A program made the translations under genes and the position numbers. DNA of 54,586 nt from Flavobacteriaceae bacterium. GTDB taxonomy: Bacteria; Bacteroidota; Bacteroidia; Flavobacteriales_C; GCA-002722245. Location of the stretch: positions 1-54,586 of the forward strand of contig CAXRIN010000012.1 in the NCBI GenBank assembly GCA_964230605.1, in the 5' to 3' direction. This document shows, piece after piece, positions 9,351-19,461 of the stretch. Position 1 is the first letter of the stretch, and each line of letters begins with the position of its first letter. The notes under the pieces were generated by a model that saw nothing but the letters and a program-made list of their open reading frames with translations, did no database searches and was not told the origin of the DNA.

Positions 9351-10577
9351 TTATCTAAGTTTAAGAGTTGCGATTGCGAAAATGGCTAGCAAGATTCCTA
9401 CAATCCAGAATCGGCTAACGATTTTTGCTTCGTGGTAACCAGACTTTTGATAATGGTGATGTAAAGGCGCCATCTTGAAGATTCGTTTCCCTTCACCAAA
9501 CTTTTTCTTTGTGTATTTGAAGTACCCAACCTGCATGATTACACTCAGGTTTTCCACTAAGAAGATTCCACATAAAATTGGAATCAATAACTCTTTTCTT
9601 ATGGCAATAGCGAACGTTGCTATGATACCTCCAAGTGCTAAACTCCCAGTATCTCCCATGAAGACTTGAGCTGGGTAAGCATTGTACCATAGGAAACCAA
9701 CACAAGCTCCTACAAATGCTCCCATGAAGATTACAAGCTCTCCAGAATCTGGGATATACATAATATTTAAGTAATCAGCGAAAAAAGCGTTACCAGAAAC
9801 ATAAGCTAGTACACCAAGCGCTACTCCAATTATTGCAGATGTTCCTGTTGCTAATCCGTCTATTCCATCTGTAAGGTTTGCTCCGTTTGAAACTGCTGTG
9901 ATAATGATAATTACAATTGGAATAAAGATTATCCATCCCCACTGATCAGCATCTAAACCAATCCATTCTACAGCATCACCATAATTCAGCTCATTATTTT
10001 TAAAGAAAGGAATTGTAGTTGAAAGCGATTTACTTTCCTCCCAAACTGTATTCTTCACGACCTTGCCGTCAACAACCTCAATTGTTGAAGTTGGTGATTC
10101 TTCGGCAATAACTACATCATTACTAAAGAAAAGAGTTGCTCCTACGATCACGCCTATTCCAACCTGACCAACAACCTTCATCTTCCCTTTTAAACCTTCT
10201 TTGTTCTTTTTAAATACTTTAATATAATCATCTAAAAATCCAATTATTCCCAACCAAACTGTTGAAAGTAAAAGCATTATGATGTATATATTATCTAACT
10301 TAGCGAATAATAGTGTTGGAATTAAAATTGCCGACAAAATCAATAAACCTCCCATTGTTGGAGTTCCTGATTTTTCAATTTGACCTTCTAATCCTAAATC
10401 TCTAACAGTCTCACCAACTTGTAACTTGTGTAGCATTTTAATGATTCTTTTTCCAAGAATCATAGAAATGATCAGTGATACTATAATTGCAAAAGCCGCT
10501 CTTGTTGTAATGAATTGGAAAGCTCCAGCTCCAGGGAAATCAATTTCGTTTAAGTATTCAAATAAGTAGTATAACAT
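9351..10577 (-). CDS. mraY: Phospho-N-acetylmuramoyl-pentapeptide transferase
   Basis: 408-aa polytopic [34 protein letters not shown] and PLHHH motifs. Confidence 0.95.
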   Translation of the reverse strand: MLYYLFEYLNEIDFPGAGAFQFITTRAAFAIIVSLIISMILGKRIIKMLHKLQVGETVRDLGLEGQIEKSGTPTMGGLLILSAILIPTLLFAKLDNIYIIMLLLSTVWLGIIGFLDDYIKVFKKNKEGLKGKMKVVGQVGIGVIVGATLFFSNDVVIAEESPTSTIEVVDGKVVKNTVWEESKSLSTTIPFFKNNELNYGDAVEWIGLDADQWGWIIFIPIVIIIITAVSNGANLTDGIDGLATGTSAIIGVALGVLAYVSGNAFFADYLNIMYIPDSGELVIFMGAFVGACVGFLWYNAYPAQVFMGDTGSLALGGIIATFAIAIRKELLIPILCGIFLVENLSVIMQVGYFKYTKKKFGEGKRIFKMAPLHHHYQKSGYHEAKIVSRFWIVGILLAIFAIATLKLR

Positions 10578-10578
10578 C

Positions 10579-12042
10579 TTATTTCTGTAATAGTTTAAAT
10601 GAATCTTCTAACACTTCAAAGTCATCAAATGGATGCTTAACACCATTTATTTCTTGGTACTTTTCATGCCCTTTACCAGCAACAAGTATTATGTCACCAG
10701 GTTGAGCCAAAGTACATGCAGTTTTAATGGCCTCAGCTCTATCTGTAATAGATAGAATTTTGGCTAACTCAGTTGGGTCTAAACCTAACTTCATTTCATT
10801 AATAATTGCCTCAGGATTTTCAGATCTTGGATTATCCGAAGTAGCAAAAACACGATCACTTAAATTCGCAGCAATACGCGTCATCAATGGTCGCTTTTCT
10901 TTATCTCGGTCTCCTCCACAACCAACAACTGTTATTAATTGTTCGTTCCCCGATCTGATATCTTTAATGGTATTCAAAACCTTCTTTAATGCATCTGGTG
11001 TGTGGGCGTAATCAACAATTGCAATTACTCCACTTGGGGATTTGAAATGTTGAAATCTACCTTCAACGGCAGATAGACTGCTTAATGAAGTTAACACCTC
11101 CATTTTATCTTCACCTAATTCAATTGCTGTTGCGTAAACAGCTAGTAAGTTATAAGCGTTAAAAGACCCAACAATTCTCGTCCAAACATCTTGTCCGTCA
11201 ATATTTAATTGTAATCCTTCAAATGAATTCTCAATGATCCGACATTTATAGTCCGCCATTGCCTTTAGTCCGTATTTCTTAACATCTGCTTTTGTATTCA
11301 AAACCATTGTGTTACCATGTCGTTCATCGGCATTGGTAATCGCAACAGTTCCAACTGGCAAATCATCGAAAAACTGTTTTTTGGCTTTGATGTACTCATC
11401 AAAAGTTTTGTGATAATCTAGATGATCATGAGTGATGTTTGTAAACAAAGCAATATCAAACTCTAAACCGGCGATTCGTCTTTGATGAATTGCATGAGAG
11501 CTCACTTCCATAAAGCAGTGCGTACATCCCTTATCTACCATTTGCGCTAACAATTCATTAATTGCAATAGCATCAGGTGTTGTATGTGTTGATGGTATTG
11601 TTTCTCCAATAATTCTGTTTTTTACTGTTGATAGTAGTCCTGCTTTTTTTGCTAAGCTTCTAAACAACAAGTACAATAATGTAGCTGTAGTGGTTTTACC
11701 ATTTGTTCCTGTAACTCCAACTAGCTTTAATTTCTCAGAAGGATTATCATAAAAGTTAGACGCTATGATTCCTAGAGCATTGGAAGAGCTTTTTACTTTC
11801 ACGTAAGTAATGCGCTCTAAAATCTCCTCTGGAAATTCTTCACAAACAATAGCCATTGCGCCATCGTTAATTGCAGTTTCAATGAAAGAATGACCATCAA
11901 CGTGAACTCCTCTTGTAGCAATAAAAAGACTGTCACGAGTCACTTTTCGTGAATCGAAACATATTGAAGTAATTGCAAGGTTTGTATTTCCTTTCACCTC
12001 TTCAATCCCTGTCTTGTATAATAAATCAGATAGTAATTTCAT
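10579..12042 (-). CDS. murE: UDP-N-acetylmuramoyl-L-alanyl-D-glutamate--2,6-diaminopimelate ligase
   Basis: 487-aa [15 protein letters not shown]-loop and a GGDRD..KR / DNPR motif consistent with the mDAP-adding type. Confidence 0.93.
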   Translation of the reverse strand: MKLLSDLLYKTGIEEVKGNTNLAITSICFDSRKVTRDSLFIATRGVHVDGHSFIETAINDGAMAIVCEEFPEEILERITYVKVKSSSNALGIIASNFYDNPSEKLKLVGVTGTNGKTTTATLLYLLFRSLAKKAGLLSTVKNRIIGETIPSTHTTPDAIAINELLAQMVDKGCTHCFMEVSSHAIHQRRIAGLEFDIALFTNITHDHLDYHKTFDEYIKAKKQFFDDLPVGTVAITNADERHGNTMVLNTKADVKKYGLKAMADYKCRIIENSFEGLQLNIDGQDVWTRIVGSFNAYNLLAVYATAIELGEDKMEVLTSLSSLSAVEGRFQHFKSPSGVIAIVDYAHTPDALKKVLNTIKDIRSGNEQLITVVGCGGDRDKEKRPLMTRIAANLSDRVFATSDNPRSENPEAIINEMKLGLDPTELAKILSITDRAEAIKTACTLAQPGDIILVAGKGHEKYQEINGVKHPFDDFEVLEDSFKLLQK

Positions 12043-14129
12043 TATCCTAAAATGATTTCTATTTGTTTTCCCTTAATCACCTTGCTACCTGGTGATAAGC
12101 TTTGTTTTATAACCTTTCCTCTTCCTAAAATCTTCACTGTTAAGCCTCTTTCTTCAAGCAAAGAAATCGCGTCTTTTGCCGAAAGCCCTCTAACATTTGG
12201 AACTTTATCTCCTTGAATTGTAATTTCTTTCGTGGATAATGCGCCATTATTAATTGAACCCGCTACATAAGTGTTTTCTCCTCTAACCTCAGCTTTTAAA
12301 TTCAACTCTTTAGCAACAGACAGAATTTCATTCTCTAATCCGTTTTTAGTTTCTAAATCTGGCTTTTTATTCTCTGCAATTAGTTCTGTTCTCAACTCCT
12401 TATCAAGCGCATAAACTCTATCGGATATCTTTCTGAATACTGGGGCAGCAGTGCTTCCTCCATAAAACCCATTTTCACGTGGGTTGGTAACTACTACTAT
12501 GCATGAATATCTTGGATTATCAGCTGGGAAATACCCCGCAAATGAACTTCGGTATTCCACCTTGTTTTTACCGTTTTTAGCATAATTGATTTTAGCCGTT
12601 CCTGTTTTCCCTGCAACTTCATATAGCGATCCTTTGAAAGGCCATTTTGCAGTTCCATTTTCAACAACACCTTCCAACAATTCCTGCAATTTCTTCACAG
12701 TAGTTTGAGAACAAATTGAAGACTTGATTACATGTGGCTCAAATACAGTTTCCTTTTTGTTTTCATCTACTATTTTTTCGATGAAAATTGGTTTAACTAG
12801 CTTTCCATCATTAGCTACAGCATTATAAAAAGCCAAAATTTGAAGAGGAGTAAATTGCGTTTCATAACCATGTGAAGTCCATTGTAATGTCGTTCCATAC
12901 CAATCTTCATCAGAAGGAGATTTGATTTTTGGCGTTGCCTCTCCAATGATGTCAACATTCAATTTATCGTGTAACCCAAAGCTATATAGCCTTTCAATAT
13001 ATTCTCCTGGATTCTCTTTGTATAATTCTTCAATTAATTTAACTGTTCCAACATTCGATGACTTCTCAAAAACTTCTCGAGCAGTGAAAGTTGTTCGGGT
13101 TGGATAAGTATGAGAATCTCTTACTTTTCTATCATAAACTTTATAAACTCCGTGTCCTACATCAAAAGTCTTCTTATCCAAATCAAATTGCTGTTTTTCA
13201 AGTGCAGCCATGAAGCTTGCCAGTTTAATTGTTGAACCTGGTTCCTCAGCATCAGCAACAGCGTAGTTTCTTGCCTCAGTAAATTGTCCTGTAGCTGTAT
13301 CAATAAGTAAATTGGCAATTGCTCTAATTTTCCCTGTATTAACCTCCATTACAACAGCGCAACCGTAATCGGCTTTATTATGGAATAATTGATCTTTTAA
13401 GGCATTTTCTGCAACTTCTTGAATATTAATATCAATAGTTGAATAAACATCAGCACCGTCTATTGGCTCTTTAATATTAGTTTCATCAACAGGCACCCAA
13501 ACATTGGATTTTCTTCTTTGCAGTTGCTCTCCATCTTCTCCTCTCAAATAAGAATCATATGCTCCCTCTAAACCAAATGGTGCTTTCGAACCAATTGTTC
13601 TTGAAGCCAAAACACCAAACGGTTTTTTACGCTTGGTGTACTTTCTGTATGCTAATCCGCTTTCTAATTTCCCTTGGTTAATGAACGGGAATTTTTTCAA
13701 CTTCTGAAATTCTGGATAATTCAATCCTCTACTCAAAGGGAGCCATCTTACATCATTTTTATACGCATCTGTTATTGCCCTATAGTATTCTTTGGAAGTT
13801 TTCTTACCTATTAAAGCTGCTAAAGAATCAGCAAGCGGTTTTGCATATTTGTTTAAAGTGTCTTCATTAATAGCAGGCGAAGTCATATCCAATCCTACTT
13901 CATAATAAGTCAATGAAGTAGCCAACAGACTACCATCTTTGGCATAAAGATCTCCTCTTTTCGCAGGAAAAGTTCTCTTTTTAACACTCGTAGTTTTAAC
14001 GTTTGCAACTACTGTTTCAGCCTTGAAATACTGAATATTAATAGTCGCCGCTATAATCAGCAAGCTAAACGCCACTAACACGAAAAAGAAAAGGTAAACT
14101 CTTTTGAGTATGTTTGCCTTTGGTTCCAC
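12042..14129 (-). CDS. ftsI: Penicillin-binding protein 3-like transpeptidase (FtsI) with C-terminal PASTA domain
   Basis: 695-aa ORF. N-terminal TM, STIK active-site motif (PGSTIKLAS), SSN and KTGT motifs. The C-terminal ~60 aa (VPNVRGLSAKDAISLLEERGLTVKILGRGKVIKQSLSPG) look like a PASTA domain. Confidence 0.9.
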   Translation of the reverse strand: MEPKANILKRVYLFFFVLVAFSLLIIAATINIQYFKAETVVANVKTTSVKKRTFPAKRGDLYAKDGSLLATSLTYYEVGLDMTSPAINEDTLNKYAKPLADSLAALIGKKTSKEYYRAITDAYKNDVRWLPLSRGLNYPEFQKLKKFPFINQGKLESGLAYRKYTKRKKPFGVLASRTIGSKAPFGLEGAYDSYLRGEDGEQLQRRKSNVWVPVDETNIKEPIDGADVYSTIDINIQEVAENALKDQLFHNKADYGCAVVMEVNTGKIRAIANLLIDTATGQFTEARNYAVADAEEPGSTIKLASFMAALEKQQFDLDKKTFDVGHGVYKVYDRKVRDSHTYPTRTTFTAREVFEKSSNVGTVKLIEELYKENPGEYIERLYSFGLHDKLNVDIIGEATPKIKSPSDEDWYGTTLQWTSHGYETQFTPLQILAFYNAVANDGKLVKPIFIEKIVDENKKETVFEPHVIKSSICSQTTVKKLQELLEGVVENGTAKWPFKGSLYEVAGKTGTAKINYAKNGKNKVEYRSSFAGYFPADNPRYSCIVVVTNPRENGFYGGSTAAPVFRKISDRVYALDKELRTELIAENKKPDLETKNGLENEILSVAKELNLKAEVRGENTYVAGSINNGALSTKEITIQGDKVPNVRGLSAKDAISLLEERGLTVKILGRGKVIKQSLSPGSKVIKGKQIEIILG

Positions 14130-14142
14130 TTAATTAATACAA

Positions 14143-14469
14143 CTATTCGTTATCTATTTTGCTATTATCTTTTTCTAATTGAAAAGGAGGCTTTTTACTC
14201 TCTTTCAAACCTAACTTTTCAACTTTCTCCACCACCTCATTCCTTTGTCCTTTTAAACTCACTTGGGTTTTAGTAATTACAAACTCATTGTTTTGATCAT
14301 TAATTTGATTTTTTATGCTTTCCATCTCTCTTACCGTCTCTTCCAAATAGTAAGAATTAGTGATGTATAAAAAACCTAACCCAGTTAAAAAAAGAACGAA
14401 TGGCAGGTTTTTGAAAAACAATTTTTCATTTAACCCAAACCACTTTTTTATTTTAAGTTTCTCTTTCAC
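14143..14469 (-). CDS. FtsL-like cell division protein (bitopic, coiled-coil)
   Basis: 108-aa ORF with one TM (LPFVLFLTGLGFLYI) followed by a coiled-coil-like segment. Sits in the canonical position between rsmH and ftsI. Confidence 0.55.
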   Translation of the reverse strand: MKEKLKIKKWFGLNEKLFFKNLPFVLFLTGLGFLYITNSYYLEETVREMESIKNQINDQNNEFVITKTQVSLKGQRNEVVEKVEKLGLKESKKPPFQLEKDNSKIDNE

Positions 14470-15366
14470 TTAAACTTTCTCTGCTATCCTCAATTTTGCA
14501 CTACGTGCTCTATTGTTCTCTTTAATTTCTTTATCTGTTGGAACAATTGGCTTTCTAGTAATCACCTTAAATGGTGAAAGTGAGTTTCCAAAAAAATCTT
14601 TTTCTTCTTCTCCCGAAAACTTCCCAGCTTTCATAAAGTTTTTCACTAACCTATCCTCAATTGAGTGATAAGAAATCACTACCAACTTCCCACCTGGCTT
14701 TAAAACTTTAGCAGTTTGCTCAAGCATAGATTTAAGGACTTCCATTTCGTTGTTCACCTCAATTCTTAACGCTTGAAAAACCTGAGCTAAAAACTTATTA
14801 TGCTTATTTGGCGGAGCTAATTTCTTAACCACATCAACCAAAGCACCTGTTGTTTTAATTGGCTCAGCGTCATTTACATCTTTAATTCGACGTGCAATTC
14901 TACCAGCTCCTTTCAAATCTGAATAACTTCGTAACATTTCTGCTAACTCCTCCCAAGTGTATTCTGTAATAATATCGGCTGCAGTTTTTTGAATTCCCTT
15001 GCCCATTCTCATGTCCAATGGACCATCAAAACGGATAGAAAAACCTCTTTCCTCAGCATCAAATTGATGTGACGAAACTCCTAAATCGGCAAGAATTCCA
15101 TCAACTTGATTTTCACGATACAGTTTTAAAGAATTTTCAAGGTCTGAAAAATTAGAGTGGATCAATGTTAATCGATCGTCATCCAATTCATTTTCCAAAG
15201 CATCCTCATCCTGATCAAAAGCATACAAAGAACAATCTTCGGCTCTGCTTAAAATTTCTTTGGAATGACCTCCGCCACCAAAAGTAACATCAACGTACAC
15301 TCCTCCTTCAGAAACTTCAAGTGCGTCAACGCTTTCCTTAAGTAAAACAGATTGGTGGTATTGCAT
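14470..15366 (-). CDS. rsmH: 16S rRNA (cytosine1402-N4)-methyltransferase RsmH/MraW
   Basis: 298-aa ORF. YHQSVLLKE, DVTFGGGGHS and DLGVSSHQ motifs. Confidence 0.95.
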   Translation of the reverse strand: MQYHQSVLLKESVDALEVSEGGVYVDVTFGGGGHSKEILSRAEDCSLYAFDQDEDALENELDDDRLTLIHSNFSDLENSLKLYRENQVDGILADLGVSSHQFDAEERGFSIRFDGPLDMRMGKGIQKTAADIITEYTWEELAEMLRSYSDLKGAGRIARRIKDVNDAEPIKTTGALVDVVKKLAPPNKHNKFLAQVFQALRIEVNNEMEVLKSMLEQTAKVLKPGGKLVVISYHSIEDRLVKNFMKAGKFSGEEEKDFFGNSLSPFKVITRKPIVPTDKEIKENNRARSAKLRIAEKV

Positions 15367-15825
15367 TTATTCGTCCAGGTTAATATCTCCCATAACTTCT
15401 TCAGCAAGACCAGCAAAATCGTCATCACTCATGTCTAATTCTGCATCGTACGCCGCCTTATCCCAAATCTCAATTTTATTACCGTATGCAAAAAGGACTA
15501 ATTCCTTTCCTACTCCTGCATACTCTAACAAATTCTTTGGAAGGTTAACCCTTCCAACACTATCGAGTTCTAGTTGCGTTGCACCACTGATGAACTTACG
15601 GGCAAATACCCTGTTCTTTTTAACGAATTGGTTAAGGCTACTCACTTTCTCGGAAACAGACTCCCAATCGTGTTTTTGGTACAACTCCAGACACTTCTCT
15701 ATACCACGCTTGACAAAAAGCTTTCCTTCAGCTTCTGGAGAGAATTGCTTACGAAGACCTACAGGCACCATTAATCGGCCTTTCGCGTCCACTTTGCATT
15801 CATATTCCCCAATCAAATTTGTCAT
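15367..15825 (-). CDS. mraZ: Division/cell wall cluster transcriptional repressor MraZ
   Basis: Two SpoVT/AbrB-like halves with the DxKGR signature (VDAKGRL, LDSVGRV). The ORF track starts at 15843. I prefer the ATG at 15825, which gives the usual MTNLIGEYECKVD N-terminus. Confidence 0.9.
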   Translation of the reverse strand: MTNLIGEYECKVDAKGRLMVPVGLRKQFSPEAEGKLFVKRGIEKCLELYQKHDWESVSEKVSSLNQFVKKNRVFARKFISGATQLELDSVGRVNLPKNLLEYAGVGKELVLFAYGNKIEIWDKAAYDAELDMSDDDFAGLAEEVMGDINLDE

Positions 15826-15860
15826 AGCATTTTTTGGCATCATAAAAGTACTGATATTCT

Positions 15861-15885
15861 ACCACCTTTTACCACCTTTTACCAC
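15861..15885 (-). promoter_or_regulatory. Candidate MraZ operator: three GTGGT pentamers at 10-bp phasing
   Basis: The minus strand reads GTGGTaaaagGTGGTaaaagGTGGT, 36 nt upstream of the preferred mraZ start. This is the same architecture as the three phased G-rich direct repeats bound by E. coli MraZ. Confidence 0.6.
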
Positions 15886-16119
15886 GTTGTTGATAACTTT
15901 ACAACGAACTAAGATAGCGTATATTCCATTACCAGTCAAAAACCTTTATTTATTAAGGGTTTTTGCATTTTTATAGCTTGTGGTAAATGGTGGGAAGAAA
16001 TTTTAATTGTTGAAAAGTAGGAGGTAATTAACACTCCGTAATTCTTCCATTTTCAGTCTGGTTTTTTTTACCATTTTCAAGACAAACATTTATAAACGTT
16101 TCCCATTTTGAATAAAATG

Positions 16120-16150
16120 TTTGAACGCGAGAGCGCTTTTGTTATATTTG
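16120..16150 (+). promoter_or_regulatory. Bacteroidota sigma-A-type promoter (TTTG-N19-TATATTTG)
   Basis: TTTG at 16120-16123, an exact 19-nt spacer, then TATATTTG at 16143-16150. This matches the TTTG / TAnnTTTG consensus and lies 25 nt upstream of the ATG at 16175. Confidence 0.5.
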
Positions 16151-16174
16151 CGCTTGATATTGACGTCAGGAAAT

Positions 16175-16939
16175 ATGAATTACGAAATCAAAGAAGAGGG
16201 AAAATTCAAATATTTGGAAGAAGGTGAAGGTGATGTAGTTATTTTACTACACGGTCTTTTTGGAGCTTTATCTAATTTTCAAGATTTATTCGAACATTTC
16301 AAAGGAAAGTACAAGGTCGTAATACCAATGCTTCCTTTATACGATCTTCCTGTTATAAAAACAGGGGTTAAATCTTTAGCAAAACACGTTAAAGAATTTA
16401 TTGATCTAAAAGGTTATGACAACATTACTCTTCTTGGAAATTCTTTAGGAGGGCATGTTTCATTAGTTTATTATGCTAATTGGCCAGAGAAAGTTCACTC
16501 TATGGTATTGACTGGATCATCTGGATTGTACGAAAACGCTTTCGGAAATCAATATCCAAGAAAAGGAGATAAAGAGTATATCCGTGAAAAAACGGCTAAA
16601 ACTTTCTACGACCCTGCATTAGCTACAGACGAACTAGTTGATGAAGTTCAAGGAATTATTGGAGACAGAAATAAGTTGGTAAGAATCTTAGCTTTAGCTA
16701 AAAGCGCTATTCGTCACAACATGGAAAAAGACCTTCCTAATTGTAACATTCCTGTTAACCTAATTTGGGGAAAACAAGATATTGTTACTCCACCCGAAGT
16801 TGCTGAAGATTTCCACAGATTAATGCCAAATTCAGTTTTAAACTGGATAGACAAATGTGGTCATGCTCCTATGATGGAACATCCAAAACAATTTAATGAG
16901 ATTTTAGAGCCTTGGCTTGATGAAGTTAGAGGAAAATAA
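16175..16939 (+). CDS. Alpha/beta hydrolase fold protein
   Basis: HGLFG oxyanion motif, GNSLGG nucleophile elbow and a C-terminal CGH catalytic His. The track ORF starts at a TTG (16121). The ATG at 16175 (MNYEIKEEG) fits the promoter better. Confidence 0.8.
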   Translation: MNYEIKEEGKFKYLEEGEGDVVILLHGLFGALSNFQDLFEHFKGKYKVVIPMLPLYDLPVIKTGVKSLAKHVKEFIDLKGYDNITLLGNSLGGHVSLVYYANWPEKVHSMVLTGSSGLYENAFGNQYPRKGDKEYIREKTAKTFYDPALATDELVDEVQGIIGDRNKLVRILALAKSAIRHNMEKDLPNCNIPVNLIWGKQDIVTPPEVAEDFHRLMPNSVLNWIDKCGHAPMMEHPKQFNEILEPWLDEVRGK

Positions 16940-16957
16940 TATTTATAGAATCTAAGA

Positions 16958-16985
16958 ATGGCCGGTTAATCCGGCCATTTTTTTT
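16958..16985 (+). terminator. Rho-independent terminator
   Basis: atggccgg-ttaat-ccggccat hairpin followed by a T7 run, 19 nt after the hydrolase stop. Confidence 0.8.
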
Positions 16986-17002
16986 GTGCTTAACTTTGTA
17001 TC

Positions 17003-17605
17003 ATGGAAATTAAATCAGCAAGCTTCGTTGTAAGTAAACCACATTGGAAAGACTGTCCAAACCCTGTAATGCCAGAGTATGCATTCATAGGGCGATCTAA
17101 TGTTGGTAAAAGCTCTTTAATTAACATGCTATGTAATCATAAAGGATTAGCTAAAACTTCATCAACTCCCGGAAAAACTCAATTAATTAACCATTTCCTA
17201 ATTAACGACAACTGGTATTTATGCGATTTACCAGGTTACGGTTATGCTAAAGTGAGTAAAAAGTCGAGAGAGAAATGGGAGAAAATGATTAAAGATTATA
17301 TCCAAAATCGTGAGAACTTAATGAACACTTTTGTTTTGGTTGATTCAAGAATTAAACCTCAACAAATTGATATTGATTTCATGTTGTGGCTTGGTGAAAA
17401 CGGCATACCATTCTCAATCATATTTACCAAAGCTGATAAGCTTAAACAAAAAGAACTCAACGCCAATTTAAAAGGCTATGAAAACGAGCTTTTAAAATAC
17501 TGGGAAGAGCTCCCTCCTTACTTTGTAACTTCATCTGAAAAGAAAAAGGGAAAGGATAAAATCCTATCCTATATATCAGATATAAATACATTATTTGAAA
17601 AATAA
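17003..17605 (+). CDS. engB: Ribosome biogenesis GTP-binding protein EngB/YihA/YsxC
   Basis: 200-aa [16 protein letters not shown]-loop, DLPGYGY G3 motif and TKADK G4 motif. Confidence 0.9.
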   Translation: MEIKSASFVVSKPHWKDCPNPVMPEYAFIGRSNVGKSSLINMLCNHKGLAKTSSTPGKTQLINHFLINDNWYLCDLPGYGYAKVSKKSREKWEKMIKDYIQNRENLMNTFVLVDSRIKPQQIDIDFMLWLGENGIPFSIIFTKADKLKQKELNANLKGYENELLKYWEELPPYFVTSSEKKKGKDKILSYISDINTLFEK

Positions 17606-17698
17606 TTCATAGTTATCAAATCACTTATTCAACTTTAACAATTGAATAAATATTTCAACTTGCTCTTTTTAGCTCAAACTAGAGATTTATTTTAGTAT

Positions 17699-19456
17699 AT
17701 GCCTTTAACAAGAGCTCAAAAAAGTATTGCAACATTTTATGATATTTCCTTTTGGGTAGCATTAAGTGGCTTGCTTGTTTTCATCATAGATTATGGTTTT
17801 AAGCAAGATGAAGATGTTCAGCATATTTTCGACACTTATTACTATGTTGCCATTGCCATTGGTTTAGTAGCAACAGGTTTTAGATACTTACAAAAAATCC
17901 GACGAAGGTTATTTAAAGTAATTGCTTTCGATACAATTTTTCTTGCCGTAGCGATTTATCTTTTCTACAAAAGTTTTCATGAAGAATACGGTTTTTTACA
18001 TTGGTTTTGGAATCCAGGAATATTTCTAAAACTACTTGTTCTCTTCACTTTTATCAGAGAATTATCCGAACGAAAAATCAACTTTAAACGAACCACTTTA
18101 AACCCAGCTCAGCTTTTCATAATAAGCTTTATTGCGCTTGTAATACTTGGTGCATCACTATTATTATTACCCAACGCCACAACCGGCCCTTTTACAGTTT
18201 TAGATGCACTTTTCACCTCAACAAGTGCCGTTTGTGTTACGGGATTAGCTGTTGTTGATACTGCTACCCATTTTACCGATTTTGGAAAAACCATTTTGAT
18301 GATTTTAATTCAAATTGGAGGTTTGGGAATATTAACCTTCGCCAGTTATTTCAGCTATTTTTTCAAAGGTGGATCAACCTACGAAAACCAATTGGTTTTG
18401 GGTGACATGACAAGTTCTAAAAGGCTAAACGAAGTGTTTAGTATGTTGAAATACATTTTGGTTATCACTTTTGGAATTGAAATTACATCAGCTGCTTTGA
18501 TTTATTTTTCTCTTGATAGTCAACTTTTCTCCTCATTCGGTGATCAGGTTTTTTTCTCGATCTTCCATTCCGTTTCTTCCTTTTGTAACGCTGGATTCTC
18601 AACGCTACCGTATGGATTATTTAACGAAGGATTCCGTTATAATTATGGTTTCCAAACCATCATTATTCTTACATTCATTTTTGGAGGTTTAGGATTCCCA
18701 ATTGTTACGAATATTTTAAACTTTTTGAAGTACAAATTGCTCTTTTTAATTCGAAATAAGGATCGCAGATTATACAAACCGTGGGTATTAAACATTAACA
18801 GTAGAATCACATTAATAACCACAATTAGCTTATTTGTAATTCCTACAATTCTATTTTTCTTTTTAGAATACAACAACACACTATCTGAACATAATTGGTT
18901 TGGTAAAATCATCAACGCATGGTTTATTGCCGCAACTCCAAGAACAGCCGGATTTAATACTGTTGATATGGCTTCTTTAGCATTCCCTACAGTTATGGTG
19001 ATGTTTTTATTGATGTGGGTGGGAGCTTCTCCTCAATCAACTGGAGGAGGTATTAAAACCAGTACTTTCGCTATAGCTACTTTAAATATATTCAGTCTGG
19101 CAAAAGGAAAATCAAGAATTGAAATTTACAGAAGAGAAATTGCTGATATATCTGTTAGAAGAGCTTTTGCAACTATTTCTTTGTCTCTAATAGTAATTGG
19201 TTTCGGCATAATGCTTATTTCAATGCTCGAACCGCAGCAGGATTTAAAAAACATTGCTTTCGAATGTTTTAGTGCCTACAGTACAGTTGGTTTAAGTTTG
19301 GGAATAACTGGTGATTTAAACGAATGGAGTAAGGTTATTCTCATTATAATAATGTTTATTGGTAGGGTAAGTATGTTATCAATTGTGATAGCATTGATGA
19401 AAAAATCAAAGTATAAAAATTACAAGTACCCAACAGAGGAAATCACGATTAACTAA
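17699..19456 (+). CDS. trkH: TrkH/KtrB-family potassium transporter membrane subunit (with N-terminal TM extension)
   Basis: 585-aa polytopic ORF with repeated selectivity-filter-like segments (CVTGLAV, CNAGFS, RTAGFN, STVGLS). Followed by a TrkA gene. Confidence 0.85.
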   Translation: MPLTRAQKSIATFYDISFWVALSGLLVFIIDYGFKQDEDVQHIFDTYYYVAIAIGLVATGFRYLQKIRRRLFKVIAFDTIFLAVAIYLFYKSFHEEYGFLHWFWNPGIFLKLLVLFTFIRELSERKINFKRTTLNPAQLFIISFIALVILGASLLLLPNATTGPFTVLDALFTSTSAVCVTGLAVVDTATHFTDFGKTILMILIQIGGLGILTFASYFSYFFKGGSTYENQLVLGDMTSSKRLNEVFSMLKYILVITFGIEITSAALIYFSLDSQLFSSFGDQVFFSIFHSVSSFCNAGFSTLPYGLFNEGFRYNYGFQTIIILTFIFGGLGFPIVTNILNFLKYKLLFLIRNKDRRLYKPWVLNINSRITLITTISLFVIPTILFFFLEYNNTLSEHNWFGKIINAWFIAATPRTAGFNTVDMASLAFPTVMVMFLLMWVGASPQSTGGGIKTSTFAIATLNIFSLAKGKSRIEIYRREIADISVRRAFATISLSLIVIGFGIMLISMLEPQQDLKNIAFECFSAYSTVGLSLGITGDLNEWSKVILIIIMFIGRVSMLSIVIALMKKSKYKNYKYPTEEITIN

Positions 19457-19461
19457 GGAAA

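Noticed and set aside
7-15976. Numerous plus-strand ORFs of 60-180 aa across the dcw cluster. Examples are 7-270, 84-518, 1196-1444, 2356-2619, 7699-8040, 10727-11011 and 15431-15976.
   Set aside because: All lie antisense to, or out of frame within, long minus-strand genes that carry unmistakable family motifs. Their translations are low-complexity or Leu/Ser/Phe-rich, as expected for the reverse strand of AT-rich coding DNA.
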